Shown piece by piece: positions 61,541-64,000 of a stretch of 64,000 nucleotides of DNA. The notes below the pieces were generated by a model that did no database searches, was not told the origin of the DNA, and saw only the letters and a program-made list of their open reading frames with translations. The stretch lies in contig BTVY01000037.1 in assembly GCA_045863335.1 (NCBI GenBank), forward strand, positions 10,653 through 74,652, read 5' to 3'. This DNA is from Candidatus Hydrogenedentota bacterium. Lineage in GTDB: Bacteria; Hydrogenedentota; Hydrogenedentia; Hydrogenedentales; SLHB01. Each line of letters begins with the position of its first letter. Position 1 is the first letter of the stretch. Position numbers and translations under genes: made by a program.

Positions 61541-61687
61541 GTTCGCGTCGATAGCGCCCTGCGCCATTCCATTCCCGACGGCGCCCCGGCCAAACCACAC
61601 TTGCTAACTCCCCACGGGGGCGCGATAATGGTCGTGCAAGGTTGCTGGGCAAGCACGATAGCTACGATCCGTTCCTGGAGGACCATC

Positions 61688-63880
61688 ATGTCCGATTCCT
61701 GTTCTGCGCGGCCGGGGGTGAAATCCGGCGGGGGCTGGACTTCGATTCTGTACACGTTGCGGAAGGCGCGGCAGGCGGGCGGCATCTTCGCGTTGGCGAA
61801 GGCGATGCGCAGCAAGAACGCGTGCAAGACCTGCGCGCTGGGGATGGGCGGACAACTCGGCGGGATGGTGAACGAGCGCGGGCATTTCCCGGAGGTGTGC
61901 AAGAAGTCCATCCAGGCGATGGTGGCGGACATGCAGGGGCGGGTGCGGGAAGATTTCTTCCGCAGCTTCAGCCTGTCCGATCTGCAGGGATTCACGTCGC
62001 GGGAGTTGGAGTATTCGGGCCGTCTGGTGGAGCCGGCCGTCGCAGGTCCGGGCGACACGCATTACCAACCTATCTCTTGGGATGACGCGCTCGCGCGGAT
62101 CGTCGCGAAACTCAAGGCCACCTCGCCGGAGGATACGTTCTTCTACTTCAGCGGCCGCTCGTCGAACGAGGCCGGGTTCCTGCTGCAACTGTTCGCGCGG
62201 CAGTACGGCACGAACAACGTCAACAACTGCTCCTACTACTGCCACCAGGCTTCCGGCGTGGGGCTCGCCAGCGTGTACGGCTCCGGGACGGCGAGCGTGG
62301 TGCTGGACGACGTGGAGCATTGCGACCTGCTGTTTCTCGTCGGCGCGAATCCGGCGTCGAACCATCCGCGCTTGATGAGCACGATCGTGAACATGAAGTC
62401 GCGCGGCGGGCAGGTCGTGGTCGTCAATCCCGTTCGCGAGGTGGGGCTGGTGAATTTCAGTGTGCCGTCGAAAGTGCGGAGCCTGCTCTTCGGTTCGCCG
62501 ATCGCCGACGAGTATGTGCAACCGCACATTGGCACCGACATCGCCTTCTTTGCCGGGATCGCGAAGGCGCTCATCGAACGGGACGCGGTCGACGAGACGT
62601 ATGTCAACGAATCCTGCGAGCATTTTGACAGCGTTCGCGAATGGGTCGATGGCATCGCGTGGGAAGATATCACGGCGTCTTGCGGCGTCGATCGCGAAAT
62701 AATCGATCGCGTCACCGAACTGTACGTGGCGTCGAAGGGAACCATCTTCGCGTGGGCCATGGGCGTGACGCATCACGAGCACGGCGTACAAAACGTGCAG
62801 ATGATGGCGAATCTCGCGTTGATGCGCGGCATGTTGGGCAAGCCGCACGCCGGCCTCCTCCCCATTCGCGGGCACAGCAACGTGCAAGGCATCGGATCGA
62901 TGGGGGTGACGCCCGCGCTCAAAGCGGAAGTATTGAAGCGCTTAGAGGCGAACTTCGGTTTCACGCCGCCGTCTACGCCGGGTCTCGACACCTTGGGAAG
63001 CATGGAGCGCGCGGCGGAAGGAAAGATCCGCGTTGCCATTTGTGTGGGCGGCAACCTTTATGGATCGAATCCGGATGCGAACTATGCGCGAGAAGCTTTG
63101 GCCAAGGTCGATCTGATCGTGTATCTCAGCACGACACTGAACACGGGTCACGCGATGGGGCTCGGTAAGGAGACAATCATTCTGCCCGTGCTCGCGCGCG
63201 ACGAGGAACGGCAGTCCACCACGCAGGAATCCATGTTCAACTACGTGCGGCTGAGCGACGGCGGACCTTCGCGTTATGAAGGCCCGCGGAGTGAGGTGGA
63301 GATTGTGGCGGCGTTGGCGCAGGGGCTGTTCGATGGAGCGGGTCCTATCGATTGGCGGGCCATGGAGCAACACGACAGCATTCGCGCGGCCATTGCAAAG
63401 GTTATTCCGGGGTACGAGGCCATCGAACACGTGGCCAGCCACAAGCAGGAGTTTCAAATCGGCGGCCGCACGTTTCACGAGCCCACGTTCAAGACGCCCT
63501 CGGGCAAGGCGCAGTTTCACGTTGTCTCGCTGCCGGCGCCCCGGACGAACGGCGCACTCATGTTGATGACGCTACGTTCCGAGGGCCAGTTCAACACGGT
63601 GGTCTACGAAGAGGAAGACGTCTATCGCGGGCAGGAGCGCCGCGACGTAATTTTGATGCATCCATCGGATCGCGCGCGGCTCGGACTGGAGGTCAACCAG
63701 CCGGTCACCGTGCGGACCAGCGCGGGTACATTGAGCAACGTGCTCGTGCGCGAACTCGACATCCGCCCCGGCAACGTGGCCATGTACTATCCCGAAGCGA
63801 ACGTGTTGGTGCCGCGTTCCTGCGATCCCGCGTCGCGCACGCCCGCGTTCAAGAGCGTGCCGGTGGAGATTAAAGGGTAG
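61688..63880 (+). CDS. FdhF/YdeP-family molybdopterin oxidoreductase
   Basis: GGAGG RBS; CKTCALGMGG, EVCKK, SGRSSNEA, NNCSYYCHQASG, GANPASNHPR, RGHSNVQG, RSEGQFNT, TPAFKS. Confidence 0.93.
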   Translation: MSDSCSARPGVKSGGGWTSILYTLRKARQAGGIFALAKAMRSKNACKTCALGMGGQLGGMVNERGHFPEVCKKSIQAMVADMQGRVREDFFRSFSLSDLQGFTSRELEYSGRLVEPAVAGPGDTHYQPISWDDALARIVAKLKATSPEDTFFYFSGRSSNEAGFLLQLFARQYGTNNVNNCSYYCHQASGVGLASVYGSGTASVVLDDVEHCDLLFLVGANPASNHPRLMSTIVNMKSRGGQVVVVNPVREVGLVNFSVPSKVRSLLFGSPIADEYVQPHIGTDIAFFAGIAKALIERDAVDETYVNESCEHFDSVREWVDGIAWEDITASCGVDREIIDRVTELYVASKGTIFAWAMGVTHHEHGVQNVQMMANLALMRGMLGKPHAGLLPIRGHSNVQGIGSMGVTPALKAEVLKRLEANFGFTPPSTPGLDTLGSMERAAEGKIRVAICVGGNLYGSNPDANYAREALAKVDLIVYLSTTLNTGHAMGLGKETIILPVLARDEERQSTTQESMFNYVRLSDGGPSRYEGPRSEVEIVAALAQGLFDGAGPIDWRAMEQHDSIRAAIAKVIPGYEAIEHVASHKQEFQIGGRTFHEPTFKTPSGKAQFHVVSLPAPRTNGALMLMTLRSEGQFNTVVYEEEDVYRGQERRDVILMHPSDRARLGLEVNQPVTVRTSAGTLSNVLVRELDIRPGNVAMYYPEANVLVPRSCDPASRTPAFKSVPVEIKG

Positions 63881-63950
63881 CGCGAATGCTGCTCGGGTGA
63901 GATGGAGTAGTCGAGAAAGCCCGATGATTCTCCGGTGTTTTACAGCCCCG

Positions 63951-64000
63951 GTACTGACCGGCGACATGGGTAACAGAATAAACCGGAGACATAGGTAACA
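63951..64000 (+). mobile_element. Probable end of an IS481-family insertion sequence, running off the window
   Basis: Tandem ACCGGCGACATGGGTAACA (63957-63975) and ACCGGAGACATAGGTAACA (63982-64000), resembling iterated IS481 terminal sites. No transposase is visible. Confidence 0.55.

Noticed and set aside
61688-63880. Selenocysteine formate dehydrogenase
   Set aside because: No in-frame TGA; the putative Mo-ligand region is Cys-type (CSYYCH), typical of the YdeP-like subgroup.

Overview
GC-rich bacterial chromosomal window. The gene content (Tat-exported sulfatases, a DUF1501/DUF1549-DUF1553/WD40-cytochrome c trio, MshEN-HDOD proteins) resembles Planctomycetota/Hydrogenedentota-type organisms; this is inference only. 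From left to right it holds: the tail of a UvrD-like helicase; two arylsulfatases; a cNMP-binding protein; an FGE-domain fusion; a sulfate-uptake cassette (rrf2-yezD-porin-small ORF-sbp-cysTWA) bracketed by a 173-bp direct repeat of the tamB 3' end, with no integrase; tamAB; a truncated globin; a caspase-like protein; a MshEN/HDOD/coiled-coil locus; the planctomycete-type trio; a diguanylate cyclase; a PTS-IIA/CBS/NhaD operon; a dynamin; gpsA; a GH13 enzyme; cinA; an rlpA-like gene; a VIT-vWA protein; a RelE-type TA pair; a ~4.9-kb accessory island (HEPN-like fusion, DUF4238 stub, RES, HGG-motif protein) between 30-bp perfect inverted repeats; an FdhF/YdeP oxidoreductase; and a probable IS481-like end. 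The most unusual signals are non-genic. A shared set of REP hairpins and 7/9/10-bp periodic microrepeats accumulates at hot spots, inserts in frame into unrelated proteins, and coincides with local C-rich to G-rich strand-skew inversions. No rRNA, tRNA or CRISPR array was recognised. All domain calls are by-eye motif recognition, not database results.
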